Origin: Opitutales bacterium
GTDB lineage: Bacteria; Verrucomicrobiota; Verrucomicrobiia; Opitutales; Opitutaceae
Direction of reading: 5' to 3'
NCBI GenBank assembly: GCA_044507675.1
Contig: JBIQJF010000005.1
Span: 14,708-78,707 of the forward strand
DNA length: 64,000 nt
The notes beneath the pieces were generated by a model that did no database searches, had not been told where the DNA came from, and saw only the letters and a list, made by a program, of their open reading frames with translations. The position numbers were made by a program, and so were the translations under genes. This document shows positions 46,129 to 55,841 of this stretch, in pieces. Every line of letters starts with the position of its first letter. Position 1 is the first letter of the stretch.

Positions 46129-46271
46129 GGACGGATGCTACGCGCTGCGCTGGCCCGACCCCATGGGGTGATTGCCCCCATCATTTCGGGTCCCGCAACC
46201 CATCTTCGCCTGCGTGATCGCCCGGTAGAGTAACCCAGTTGCCTCTCGCCCACCTTTCACCCGCAACCACC

Positions 46272-47441
46272 ATGTTCCCACGCAGCAGCCCCCGGAGAAT
46301 CACGGTGTCGATCGGATTGCTCGCGCGGAACGAGGAAACCCGCATCGGCCGCACCCTCAACACGCTCTTCAAGCAGACGCTGTTTCGAGAGCTCGACCAA
46401 CGTGGCCAGCGGGCGGAAATCTGGTGTGTCGCCAATGCCTGCACGGACGACACCGCGGCCGTGGCTGCGCGCTGCTTCCATGAGCAACGCTCGCTCCATG
46501 CGCACGCCGACGCGTTTCTCGCCAACAGTGTATCCGTCGCCACCCCGGGCAAAATCAACGCCTGGAATCTGTTCGTGCACGAGATTTCCCATCAGGATTC
46601 CCACTACCTGATCCTGATGGACGCCGACATCCGCCTCGGCGAAGCCACCACGCTGTGGAATCTCGTCCGCGGCCTGCAGGAAAACGAGGAGGCACACGTG
46701 ACCGTGGGCGAACCGGTGAAGGACATCGCGCTCAAACCGGCCGTGAGTCTGCGCGAGCGCCTGTCGTTGGCCACGTCCCGCCTGACTCAAAATTCCGCGG
46801 CGCAACTCACCGGGCAACTCTACTGCATCCGGGCAAAAGTCGCGCGCGCCATCCGATTGCCCCGCGATCTCGCGGCGTGCGAAGACGGCTTCATCAAGAA
46901 TCTGGTGTGCTCGGACATGTTGCGAAAGCCGAGCAATCCCGCGCGCATCCAGCGCGTGGGAGGCGCATCGCATATTTTCGAAGCCTACACGACGGTGCCC
47001 GCAATCCTGCGAAACCAGAAGCGCCAGATGATCGGCCAGGCGTTCGTGCATGTGCTCGTGGACAAATGCCTGCCGGACGCCTGTTGGAAAACCGCCACCA
47101 CTCCGGGTGAATTGGTGACCAAGCTCGACGAGACCAATCCCGCGTGGCTGCGCGAATTGATGGACGAACACGTGCGTGAGGCCGGCCGCTTCTGGCGGCT
47201 GTTTCCGGATGTCGCGAGTTTTCGCCTGAAGCGCTGGCGCAATCTGCCCATCCGTCGCAAGCTCACACATCTGCCGGCCACGCTGCTCGGCACGGGTGTC
47301 ACCCTGCTGGCTGCATGGATGGCCTATCGGTCACTCCGCCGCGGAGCATTGGGTTACTGGCCCCAGAAGCCGCCGAGCGCCGATGATTTTTCCCCACCCG
47401 GTTTCTCCGACGGTCTCGATCTCGCCCCCACCCATAGCTGA
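46272..47441 (+). CDS. GT2-like glycosyltransferase
   Basis: IGLLARNEE, ANACTDDT, GKINAWN, LMDADI (DxD), EDGF. Confidence 0.82.
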   Translation: MFPRSSPRRITVSIGLLARNEETRIGRTLNTLFKQTLFRELDQRGQRAEIWCVANACTDDTAAVAARCFHEQRSLHAHADAFLANSVSVATPGKINAWNLFVHEISHQDSHYLILMDADIRLGEATTLWNLVRGLQENEEAHVTVGEPVKDIALKPAVSLRERLSLATSRLTQNSAAQLTGQLYCIRAKVARAIRLPRDLAACEDGFIKNLVCSDMLRKPSNPARIQRVGGASHIFEAYTTVPAILRNQKRQMIGQAFVHVLVDKCLPDACWKTATTPGELVTKLDETNPAWLRELMDEHVREAGRFWRLFPDVASFRLKRWRNLPIRRKLTHLPATLLGTGVTLLAAWMAYRSLRRGALGYWPQKPPSADDFSPPGFSDGLDLAPTHS

Positions 47442-47456
47442 GTCCACCCGCTTCCC

Positions 47457-48938
47457 ATGAACGAACTGCCCATATTCATCGAATCCAAGGACCTGATCGG
47501 CCTTCTGCTTTTTCCGATAGGCACCGTGATTGTTTCCGCCGCGCTGCTGTTTTGGCCCACATTGCGTTCCGCCGCGTTCTTTCTCATCGTCGGGGGACTG
47601 GCCCTGAGCAACTGGGGCGACCTGAACATCTACAGTGCCTACTGGTATCGTGGCACGACCCGCGGCTTTGAAGTCAGCGTGTTTGATGTGCTGGCACTGG
47701 GACTTTTGTTCAGCTCGTTGCTGGCGCCCCGGCCTGGTGAATTGCGCCGGTTCTGGCCGGCGAGCCTCGGCATGATGCTGGTGTTTCTGCTCTATTGCGT
47801 AGGCAGCACCTTGATGGCCGATCCGGTCATCTTCGGCCTGTTCGAGATCAGCAAGCTGGTGCGCGGAATCGTGTTCTTCCTCGCTGCGGCGATGTTCTTG
47901 CGCAACGAGCGTGATCTTTCGCTCCTGGCCCTCGCCCTGGCCATGGTGGTCATCGTCGAGTCCCTCATGGCCGTCCGGCAACGCGTCTTCATGGGAATGT
48001 ATCGTCCGGCGGGATCACTGGACCATCCGAATAGTCTTTCGATGTTCCTTTGCCTCGTCACGCCCGTGCTGGTCGCCGCGGCCTGCTCCACTCTCGGCCC
48101 GTGGATCCGGCGCTGCTGCTGGCTCGCCGTGATCGCCGCGGCGGGCACGATGGTGCTCACCTTGTCGCGCGCGGGACTGCCCGTGTTCATCGCCGTCACC
48201 GGCGCCGCCCTCGTGTGGTGCGCTTCGTGGCGCCCCACCCCGGGGCGTTTGGTTCTCGGCGTCCTGGCGATGACCGCCCTGGGCTTGTTCGTGGCAAAAT
48301 CCTGGCCGCTGCTAACCGAACGCTTCGGGCAGGCCACGCTGCAGGAGGAATACTTCGACGCACCGGGTGAAACGCGCGGCCACTACTTCCGGCAGGCCGC
48401 AGTCATTCTCGAAGAGCGGCCGTTCGGGGTGGGACTCAACAACTGGTCATACTGGGTCAGTCGCGAATACGGAAAACCTCTCGGCATGAACTACCAGAAC
48501 TATGACGACATTGTTTACGCGCCACCGTCCGACCTGCTCTACATGTATCGCTACGCGGCTCCGGCGCACAACCTGGGCGTTCTGACGGCGGCCGAACTCG
48601 GCTGGGTTGGATTGGCGCTGATGCTGGCGCTGTGGCTGCGATGGATGTTCATGGGAGCGGGCTTTCTTTTTTCCCGCCGACCGGAGGCGATGCACCGCAT
48701 CGGCATCGGCCTCGCTTTCGGCATGCTCGGGGTCTTCCTGCACAGCTTCACGGAGTGGATTTTCCGGCAAACGCAAATCTTCCATATGTTCCACCTCATG
48801 GCGGGCGTGCTCGCCGCCTTGATCGCCCTCAAACACGCCGAGGCTGCGGCCGTGGAAAAATTCGAGGACGAGGCGGAGACGGATTGGGAAATCGACCCGC
48901 TCGCACAACCGGTGCCGATGAGCCCGCTGCAAAACTGA
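47457..48938 (+). CDS. O-antigen ligase/polymerase (WaaL/Wzy_C)-family membrane protein
   Basis: ~12 TM, GSLDHPN, LTLSRAG, large periplasmic loop, AHNLGV..AAELGWVG. Confidence 0.82.
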   Translation: MNELPIFIESKDLIGLLLFPIGTVIVSAALLFWPTLRSAAFFLIVGGLALSNWGDLNIYSAYWYRGTTRGFEVSVFDVLALGLLFSSLLAPRPGELRRFWPASLGMMLVFLLYCVGSTLMADPVIFGLFEISKLVRGIVFFLAAAMFLRNERDLSLLALALAMVVIVESLMAVRQRVFMGMYRPAGSLDHPNSLSMFLCLVTPVLVAAACSTLGPWIRRCCWLAVIAAAGTMVLTLSRAGLPVFIAVTGAALVWCASWRPTPGRLVLGVLAMTALGLFVAKSWPLLTERFGQATLQEEYFDAPGETRGHYFRQAAVILEERPFGVGLNNWSYWVSREYGKPLGMNYQNYDDIVYAPPSDLLYMYRYAAPAHNLGVLTAAELGWVGLALMLALWLRWMFMGAGFLFSRRPEAMHRIGIGLAFGMLGVFLHSFTEWIFRQTQIFHMFHLMAGVLAALIALKHAEAAAVEKFEDEAETDWEIDPLAQPVPMSPLQN

Positions 48939-48939
48939 C

Positions 48940-50196
48940 ATGCGCGCCGCCCATATCCTCCGCAAATACGTGCCCGCCGAATGGGGTGGCACGGAAACCG
49001 CCCTGCAGGGCCTCACCTCCGGTCTCGCGATGCACGGCGTCGACTCAGTCGTTTTTCACCCCACGACGGGTGCGGCTGCTTCGGATCCGCTCGCGCGCGC
49101 CGGTTGCGAGATGCGCCCGTTTCACGCGCACCTTCCGATCCTGGGGCTGCCGCCGGCCGAACGCCAGCGGATGCTCGCGGTCGGGGGCAACCTGGTCTCG
49201 TTCGATCTGCCGCGCATGCTCGCGAAAGAACCCGGTTTAACGATCATCAACAGCCATGTGCTCGGCCGGTTGGGCGGCATCGCCTGCACCATCGCGCATC
49301 GGCGCAATATTCCCTTTGTGGTGACAATCCATGGCGGTGTGCTCGCGGTGCCGGAACCTTTGAAACAGCAAATGAACGGACGTCCGCACCCCACGAGCCT
49401 CGAATGGGGCCAGCTCTTCGGCTGGTGGTGGCGCGCGCGTCACGTCCTCGAAGAAGCGGACGCGATCATCACGTGCAACGTGCGCGAAGCGGAGATGCTG
49501 AGCGCGCGCTATCCCGACCAGTTGATCGTGACGCAACCCCACGGGGTGAACACGGCCCTGTATCAGGTCGATCAGCGTGAAACAGCACTGGCGGCTTTCC
49601 CGACGATCGCAGGACACGACATCCTTCTCTGTGTCGCGCGCGTGGATCCGGTGAAGAACCAAGCCTGGCTGGTGCGCGAAATGCCCGCGATTCTTTCCCG
49701 ATATCCGCAGGCCATGCTGGTGCTCGTGGGTGCGTGCACCAACGCCGACTATGGTTCCGCTCTGCATCGCGAAATCAAGCGGCTCGGATTGGACGGCCGC
49801 GTGCTGTTGACCGGCGGGCTGCCCCCTCGTGATCCACGGATCATCGGCCTGATGCAACTGGCGCGCGCGAACATTCTACCGTCCATTTCCGAAACCTTCG
49901 GCCTCGTGATCCTGGAATCGTGGGCCTCCAACCTGCCCATGCTCGCCAACCGTTCCGCCGGTTCGGTGGAACTGCTGCGCGACGGCGAGAACGGATGCCT
50001 CTTCAACGTGGACCAGCCCGAAGCCTTCCACGCGCAGCTCGACCGCGTGCTCACCGATGCTGTTTTCCGGGGCCATCTCCTCGCCACGGGGCGCGAGTGG
50101 GTTCAGCGATACGACACGGTGGCCATGGCCGGACAGGTGAAGCAACTTTACGACCGGCTCTGTGAAGGCAAAAATGCACTACGTCATTCTGCGTGA
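48940..50196 (+). CDS. GT4 glycosyltransferase
   Basis: WGGTE, PHGV, ARVDPVKNQ, PSISETFGLVILE (Ex7E). Confidence 0.92.
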   Translation: MRAAHILRKYVPAEWGGTETALQGLTSGLAMHGVDSVVFHPTTGAAASDPLARAGCEMRPFHAHLPILGLPPAERQRMLAVGGNLVSFDLPRMLAKEPGLTIINSHVLGRLGGIACTIAHRRNIPFVVTIHGGVLAVPEPLKQQMNGRPHPTSLEWGQLFGWWWRARHVLEEADAIITCNVREAEMLSARYPDQLIVTQPHGVNTALYQVDQRETALAAFPTIAGHDILLCVARVDPVKNQAWLVREMPAILSRYPQAMLVLVGACTNADYGSALHREIKRLGLDGRVLLTGGLPPRDPRIIGLMQLARANILPSISETFGLVILESWASNLPMLANRSAGSVELLRDGENGCLFNVDQPEAFHAQLDRVLTDAVFRGHLLATGREWVQRYDTVAMAGQVKQLYDRLCEGKNALRHSA

Positions 50197-51103
50197 CGAC
50201 GACACGTGCGCCCTGACGCCGGTCGAATGCCTGGAAGCCCTCTACCGGCCGTTCCTCGACCGTGGACTGCCGGTCAATCTCGCCACGATCCCCAATGTCT
50301 GCACGAACGCGCGGCAACCCAACGGACAGCGCGAAGGATTCCTGCAATTCAGCTCGGGCAACTCCACGCCGTTCATCCCGATCGGACAGAACCGGGCTTT
50401 GGTTAATTATCTCCTGAGTGAACCGCTCTATCATGTCCTGCATCACGGCTACGATCACTCGCTCTACGAATTCGAATGTGATGCCGTCCAGGCCGAGCAA
50501 CGTTTATCCGCCGGCGCGCAACGCCTGCACGCCGCAGGCTTTCCCACTCCGCACGCTTTTGTCGCTCCTTACGACCGGTTCTCAGCCGCGAGCCTGAGAG
50601 CCGCGGCGGCCCGCTACCCGGTGATTTCAAGCGGATGGTTTGAATGGCGACGCCTGCCGGCGGCTTGGCGTCCCGCGTATTTGCTCAAAAAATTGCGCCG
50701 CCGGCCGCACTGGAAAATCAACGATACGCTGCTGCTGTCACATCCCGGCTGTCTGCTTTCCCACCACCGGCCGCTGACCGACATGTTGGAGAATATCAAA
50801 CAGGCGGTGGAAGGACAGTCGCTCACCGTGTTGGTCACGCACTGGTGGGAATATTATCGGGACACCCGGCCGGACACGGACTTCATCGCCACCCTCCATC
50901 GGACAGCTGATTATCTTTCCAGCCATCGCGACATTCGCGTCATCTCCTTCGCCGATCTGGCTACCGGCCGGGTAACGCTGCCAGGGAGCGAACCGGCGGT
51001 GGAGGCACCGGCGTCGGAAAGACATCTCGACACCGCTCCACAACCCGCTGGTCAGCCAGCTTGCTGGTCTTTCGAAGATCGATCGACTTCGCCTGCGCCC
51101 TGA
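50174..51103 (+). CDS. DUF2334/polysaccharide deacetylase-like protein
   Basis: ILRDDD, VLHHGYDH, FVAPY, THWWE (NodB-like motifs). Confidence 0.72.
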   Translation: MHYVILRDDDTCALTPVECLEALYRPFLDRGLPVNLATIPNVCTNARQPNGQREGFLQFSSGNSTPFIPIGQNRALVNYLLSEPLYHVLHHGYDHSLYEFECDAVQAEQRLSAGAQRLHAAGFPTPHAFVAPYDRFSAASLRAAAARYPVISSGWFEWRRLPAAWRPAYLLKKLRRRPHWKINDTLLLSHPGCLLSHHRPLTDMLENIKQAVEGQSLTVLVTHWWEYYRDTRPDTDFIATLHRTADYLSSHRDIRVISFADLATGRVTLPGSEPAVEAPASERHLDTAPQPAGQPACWSFEDRSTSPAP

Positions 51104-51998
51104 GGTCCGCCGACAGCGCCGACAGTTCGGACTCGGACCGCGTGGTCAGGAGACAGTTGAGAAACACCAGCGAGTCCCGCAGGTGCGCCTCGGGAGCCGC
51201 GCACGGGATCAGGCCTTCGTCCGTGATCTTTCGAAAACGATAGCCACAGCGATTGAGCAAAGCCACCGTCCTCTCCGGATAAGGCACCGCCGCCTCGGCG
51301 ATGATATCGGGGCGATGGCGGCGAAGGGTTTCCTCCGCTCCTTCAAAAAACGAGGGTTCATGGCCTTCGACATCCACTTTCATCAGGAAGCGATTCGGCA
51401 CCTCGCGCATGCCCGCAACGTAGGCATCGAGGCTTGAGACCGCAACGCTCACCACGCCGGCATGGTTCGAATCGAAACTCCGCTCGAGCGAGGAACTCAT
51501 GTCCGACTGATTCAGGAAAAACGGCATCACGCCCTCGTGATCGGACAGCGCAATCGGTTCCGCGACGATTCGATCGAAGCCGTTGGCCCGGATGTTGGCC
51601 GCAAGGAGAGCATGCAACCGCGGATGCGGCTCGAAAGCCACGACGGAAAGATTCGGACGCGCCACCGCCAGCCTCAACGAGAAGAATCCTATGTTCGCAC
51701 CGGCATCGATGAACAGCGTGGTGGATTCAGTCAGCCGCTCTGTCAGGCATGTGGTGAGCGGCTCGTAGTAATCCAGCCCGCGCCAGAAAAGCTCAAAGCT
51801 GAGATAGTTTTCTCCAAAGCTGGCCAGCTTCAGACGGTGGCCGGTTTGGGACGACTCCACCCCCGGCGTGCAACCGGGAAACCAATCGCGACGCGTGCGC
51901 AATCCCCAGCGGCAGAGGGCGGGACGGAGGGAGGGAAAACGGGTCGCGATTCCGAAAAGGAGGCGACCGAGCTGGCGTTTGGGCAGATAAGGAGGCAC
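50961..51998 (-). CDS. FkbM-family methyltransferase
   Basis: YEP, FIDAGANIGFFS, AFEP, MKVDVEGHE. Confidence 0.9.
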   Translation of the reverse strand: MPPYLPKRQLGRLLFGIATRFPSLRPALCRWGLRTRRDWFPGCTPGVESSQTGHRLKLASFGENYLSFELFWRGLDYYEPLTTCLTERLTESTTLFIDAGANIGFFSLRLAVARPNLSVVAFEPHPRLHALLAANIRANGFDRIVAEPIALSDHEGVMPFFLNQSDMSSSLERSFDSNHAGVVSVAVSSLDAYVAGMREVPNRFLMKVDVEGHEPSFFEGAEETLRRHRPDIIAEAAVPYPERTVALLNRCGYRFRKITDEGLIPCAAPEAHLRDSLVFLNCLLTTRSESELSALSADLRAQAKSIDLRKTSKLADQRVVERCRDVFPTPVPPPPVRSLAALPGR

Positions 51999-52019
51999 GG
52001 CGTGGATGGGGTTGAAAAA

Positions 52020-53216
52020 TCATGCGGAAATCGCCGCTTCACGTGGTAGGCCCGCACGGTTGACCGCATGCGCGGTCAGCGCATCGCGTCTCATTAAACC
52101 GTGGATATGCGGAATGGCGGTGACGGAATCAGGGACATCGGGCACGTTGGTCAGCAACGCGGCGTAACTGTGCGGTGCATCGGGATGATACCCGTGCATC
52201 GCGTGCAACGGGCGCTCGCCCATGTCACTGGGCACGATCAGCACGCCTTCCTCGACGAGGAAGATGAGTTCGCCGAAATACCGGTCGGGAAAAAATGTGC
52301 CGAGCTCGCGCAGCTCTGAATCAGGCAGAATCCGACCGGTCGTCACACCACGAAGACTCGCCGTAATCAGGTCCCTCGCCCGCTCGCTGAAAAACCAGAA
52401 GCGAGCCATCGTCGAATCATAGACCACGGCGTAATCCCGCGACAGGCGCAATGGCAGGGCCGAGATGCGCCGACGCAAATCAAGCAACCGCGTGCAATTC
52501 GCCATGCCGTGATCGCTGAATACATACAATCGCACGTCATGATAGTGCTCACGCGCAGTCGTCAGAAGTCTCGCCAGCCGCTCTTCGTAGTCGTCGAGCT
52601 TGGCCGGAACCTCCGGCGAATCATTACCGACCCGGTGCATCAGTCCGTCGAGGTCAGGCCAGTAGAGGAAGGCGAAATCAATTCGTTCGGCCGCAATATC
52701 CGCCTGCAAGGCCTGCAGGTTGCCCTCTTCCCCGCGCGCAGGTTCGCTGACGTGGTAAGGAATCGCCTCCTCTTCCAGGAAATCGAAGATGTTCGGCCCA
52801 CGGTTCATCCCGCCCGGCTGCAGCGGGCTCTTTTTCTCGGTGAAATCGAACTCCCCGATCTGGCTGAAAGAGAGGTTATATAAATCAAAGTAGCCTTTGA
52901 ACCCCATCGGCCCGCGCAAAAGCTTAGACAGCCAGCGGCGGAATATCCGGCGTGACGTGATCCAACGGGGAAGCCAGCCAAGCGGACGCAAAGCGCGAAA
53001 CGGCGACCGTTCGGGATCGTGGACGAAATAGCACCAGTTGCGATGCTCCTCCGGCCAGGTTCCCGCGAGTATCGAAGGGATACACGCCGAACTGTAACCG
53101 AAGACCGAACGCAGCGGCCGCCGCAACGGGGCGATGCCCCGGGCGAACGACCGGTCGCGGATGATCTCCCAACCACACGCGTCGATGAAAACAAAAAGAG
53201 GCAGCACAGGTTTCAT
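52020..53216 (-). CDS. Alkaline-phosphatase superfamily nucleotide pyrophosphatase/phosphodiesterase (NPP-like)
   Basis: FVFIDACG, GYSSACIPSI (nucleophile region), LDGLMH, SDHG, HAMHGY; ATGA overlap with STAS gene fixes the start. Confidence 0.85.
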   Translation of the reverse strand: MKPVLPLFVFIDACGWEIIRDRSFARGIAPLRRPLRSVFGYSSACIPSILAGTWPEEHRNWCYFVHDPERSPFRALRPLGWLPRWITSRRIFRRWLSKLLRGPMGFKGYFDLYNLSFSQIGEFDFTEKKSPLQPGGMNRGPNIFDFLEEEAIPYHVSEPARGEEGNLQALQADIAAERIDFAFLYWPDLDGLMHRVGNDSPEVPAKLDDYEERLARLLTTAREHYHDVRLYVFSDHGMANCTRLLDLRRRISALPLRLSRDYAVVYDSTMARFWFFSERARDLITASLRGVTTGRILPDSELRELGTFFPDRYFGELIFLVEEGVLIVPSDMGERPLHAMHGYHPDAPHSYAALLTNVPDVPDSVTAIPHIHGLMRRDALTAHAVNRAGLPREAAISA

Positions 53217-53545
53217 AGCAAAATCATGCGGGGTGGACGCGGAGGGGTGATCTCGAACAGACGATGCATGCGCACCAGTTCGCAAAGCTGGCGCAAGTCC
53301 GGCGGCGGATTGGTGATCCGCCACGACAGGGCGCCGTCGCCAGGATCGATTTCCTCGTAAGCCGTCATCAGCGCGTCCACGGTTTCGCAATCGGCGGAAC
53401 GCAGCAACGACAGGTCGAACTCGATGGCGGTGTGCTCCGATTTCAACGCCGTGCGCACATCCCGGACGAGCTCGTCGATGTCGGGTTCCTTCAATTCGCG
53501 CAGGTCGCTGACCCGAAGCGTTTCGCTTTCGGCGGATATCTTCAT
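53213..53545 (-). CDS. STAS-domain protein
   Basis: 110 aa, IEFDLSLLRSADC (DLS..D motif), ITNPPP.LRQL.EL.RM..LF. Confidence 0.7.
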   Translation of the reverse strand: MKISAESETLRVSDLRELKEPDIDELVRDVRTALKSEHTAIEFDLSLLRSADCETVDALMTAYEEIDPGDGALSWRITNPPPDLRQLCELVRMHRLFEITPPRPPRMILL

Positions 53546-54402
53546 ACCGGCGGATGGGCGACCGGCGAATGATCAGCCGGGATGAGCGGCGGATTGGATC
53601 CGGTGAGCGTTTGCGCAATGCGGCGGAACCACTCCGTGGGATCGCGTTGCTCACGAAGCGAGCAAAGCAGAATTTCATCCGGCACGTGCAGGCAGGAACC
53701 GTCGCGCCAGTTGATGAGCGTGCTGCCGAGCGCCAGCGAATCGGCGACCTCGGTGTTTTCCCCCACCATCGTCTCAGGCCCGACTATGCTGCGCACGACT
53801 TCGGCGCCCGGGGAGATCACGGCGCGATCCTCGACCACGGCATGTGGCCCGATTATCGCGCCGGATCCAACCCGCACTTTCTCGCCAATCCAACACGGCC
53901 CGCGCAACACCGCATCAGATGGAATCATGCTCTGCCAACCCACCCGCACACCGGGCGCAATTTCGCGGATGCCAGTGCGGTCGGGCGTAACTGCCCGCTC
54001 GCACCAAGCCTGGACCGCCGCATACCAGTCGGCATAGCTTTCCCCCATCCGTCGACTGGGCAGGCCCGGCAAATGATCCGCCAGCACCACATCGTGGGGC
54101 GCCCGCATCCATCCATCGCCACGACCGTGGCGGCCGCGCGCCTCGGCCACGGTCAGTTCATACATCTCGGTGACGACCCGAATTCGCAAACCCCAGCGCG
54201 ATCCGGAGCCAACCGCTTCGCGCACGGCCCAGGGACGATCGCTGGCGCAGATGGTGACTTCCCTGACGCCGAGCGCCGCGAGATGCACCAGCCAGTAAAC
54301 CACCAGTGATTCACCGAGCAGCGGCACGGCGGCCAAGGGCGCGGGATCGGTGAGATGTTTGAGCCCCGGACGGTAACCGGGGCAGATAAGGATGGATTTC
54401 AT
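53542..54402 (-). CDS. Degenerate NDP-sugar pyrophosphorylase-like protein with LbH repeats (Man-1-P guanylyltransferase-like)
   Basis: LT...PL..VPLLG..LV.Y..L..LGV.EV and GSRWG motifs; hexapeptide C-terminus; GGxGxR signature not intact. Confidence 0.72.
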   Translation of the reverse strand: MKSILICPGYRPGLKHLTDPAPLAAVPLLGESLVVYWLVHLAALGVREVTICASDRPWAVREAVGSGSRWGLRIRVVTEMYELTVAEARGRHGRGDGWMRAPHDVVLADHLPGLPSRRMGESYADWYAAVQAWCERAVTPDRTGIREIAPGVRVGWQSMIPSDAVLRGPCWIGEKVRVGSGAIIGPHAVVEDRAVISPGAEVVRSIVGPETMVGENTEVADSLALGSTLINWRDGSCLHVPDEILLCSLREQRDPTEWFRRIAQTLTGSNPPLIPADHSPVAHPPV

Positions 54403-54408
54403 GATAAG

Positions 54409-55137
54409 TCAGTAGGCGCCCGTGCCGGAAATGACGGCCGGCACCGTCTTGGTGATGATGACAAGATCCTTCCAGAACCCGCGGTTCTCGATGTAGCGGA
54501 CGTCCAGTTCGACTTGCCCGTGAAAATCAATCTGCGCCCGCCCGCTGATCTGCCAGAGGCACGTGATGCCGGGCTGCACCGCCAGACGCCGCCGGTCCGC
54601 CAGTGTGTAGAGCTCCACTTCCCGCGGCACCGGCGGGCGCGGCCCGACGACCGACATGTCCCCGCGGAACACGTTGTAGAACTGCGGCAGCTCATCGAGG
54701 GAGAACTTGCGCAGCAACCGGCCGATCCGGGTGATGCGGGGATCGTCCTTGATCTTGAAGGTGACGCCGGCGCTGTGATGGTTGCGCGCGAGTAGTTCGC
54801 GCAGCCTCTGCTCCGCGTCCGGGCGCATCGAACGGAACTTGAGCATGAGAAACTCCCGCCCGTGACGACCGACGCGCACTTGTCGGAAAAAAACCGGACC
54901 GCGGTCCTCAAGCTTGATGAGCAGCGCCAGCACAAGGAAGAGCGGGCTGAGCATAAGCAGGACCAGCGCGCTGAAGCAGACGTCGAAGGCGCGCTTCCGG
55001 AAATCAGGTGCCGGAATGCTCCATGCCCAGAACCGCCGCAGCAGCGCGAGTCGGAGATTCTGCCACCACCGCAATGGCCCGCGAGCAAGACGGCGCGAAC
55101 GGCGCAAAGCCAGAATGTTGAAACCTGCATTGTTCAT
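54409..55137 (-). CDS. Small monotopic phosphoglycosyl transferase (bacterial sugar transferase, PglC/WbaP catalytic type)
   Basis: KRAFD, GPVFFRQ.RVG, KFRSM, DPRIT..G..LRKFSLDELPQ, GPRP, PGIT.LWQ; start from ATGA overlap with udk. Confidence 0.93.
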   Translation of the reverse strand: MNNAGFNILALRRSRRLARGPLRWWQNLRLALLRRFWAWSIPAPDFRKRAFDVCFSALVLLMLSPLFLVLALLIKLEDRGPVFFRQVRVGRHGREFLMLKFRSMRPDAEQRLRELLARNHHSAGVTFKIKDDPRITRIGRLLRKFSLDELPQFYNVFRGDMSVVGPRPPVPREVELYTLADRRRLAVQPGITCLWQISGRAQIDFHGQVELDVRYIENRGFWKDLVIITKTVPAVISGTGAY

Positions 55138-55841
55138 GACAGCACGCCGGCGGCGCCGGCCATCGAAGGAGTGAAGGAGCGAAAGAGAGTCATGAGCTGT
55201 CCGCCCATCCCGGCGCTCACCGGCGTGAACCGGCTCAACCGTTCCTGCAGTTGGAGTATTTCCATTTCGCGACACGGATGATGCATGAGGAGATCGGCGT
55301 GGGCCGCCTGCGGGCTGACAAACTCGCGATGCATCGGCTCGACGGTCCGGTGGAACTGCTCGACCACCGACGCTTCGGTCCGCCCGCGTTCGGCCGCGTC
55401 GCGAGCGATCCGCCGGCGCAGGCGCTCCTCCTCACCGCAGTGGAGAAAAATGCTGAGTTCGAAGAGCCGGCGAATGGACGGGTGATGCAACAGCCACAAT
55501 CCGTCCACAATCATGACGGACCGGACGGGAAGATATTCTGCCTCCGGCAGCCGGCTGTGCGTTGCGAAATCATACACCGGCAGAAGACAATCCCGGCCCA
55601 TCCGCAGTGTCCGGAGAACGTCGGCAAAGCGCGCCCAGTCGAGCGCATCCGGATGATCGAAATTTACCTGGTGCCGCTCCGCGGCCGGCAAGTGCGACCA
55701 ATCGCGATAGAAATTATCCTGGGACAACCGTCCCGTATGCCGCCCCAACAGGCGATGCAATTGATCTGCCAGCCAGGTCTTGCCCGATCCGCTGCCACCG
55801 GTGACGGCCACCAAACACACTGGAGTTTCGGTCATCATCAT
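55134..55841 (-). CDS. udk: Uridine/cytidine kinase-like P-loop kinase
   Basis: VTGGSGSGKT, QDNFY, NFDHPDA, PVYDF.TH.R, RRIARD..ERGR. Confidence 0.85.
   Translation of the reverse strand: MMMTETPVCLVAVTGGSGSGKTWLADQLHRLLGRHTGRLSQDNFYRDWSHLPAAERHQVNFDHPDALDWARFADVLRTLRMGRDCLLPVYDFATHSRLPEAEYLPVRSVMIVDGLWLLHHPSIRRLFELSIFLHCGEEERLRRRIARDAAERGRTEASVVEQFHRTVEPMHREFVSPQAAHADLLMHHPCREMEILQLQERLSRFTPVSAGMGGQLMTLFRSFTPSMAGAAGVLS

Noticed and set aside
53217-53678. N-terminal extension of the 552-aa phosphodiesterase ORF
   Set aside because: Overlaps the STAS and pyrophosphorylase genes; the ATGA junction at 53213-53216 gives the better start
55138-55275. Extended start of the sugar transferase
   Set aside because: Would overlap udk by ~140 bp; ATGA coupling at 55134-55137 is more plausible
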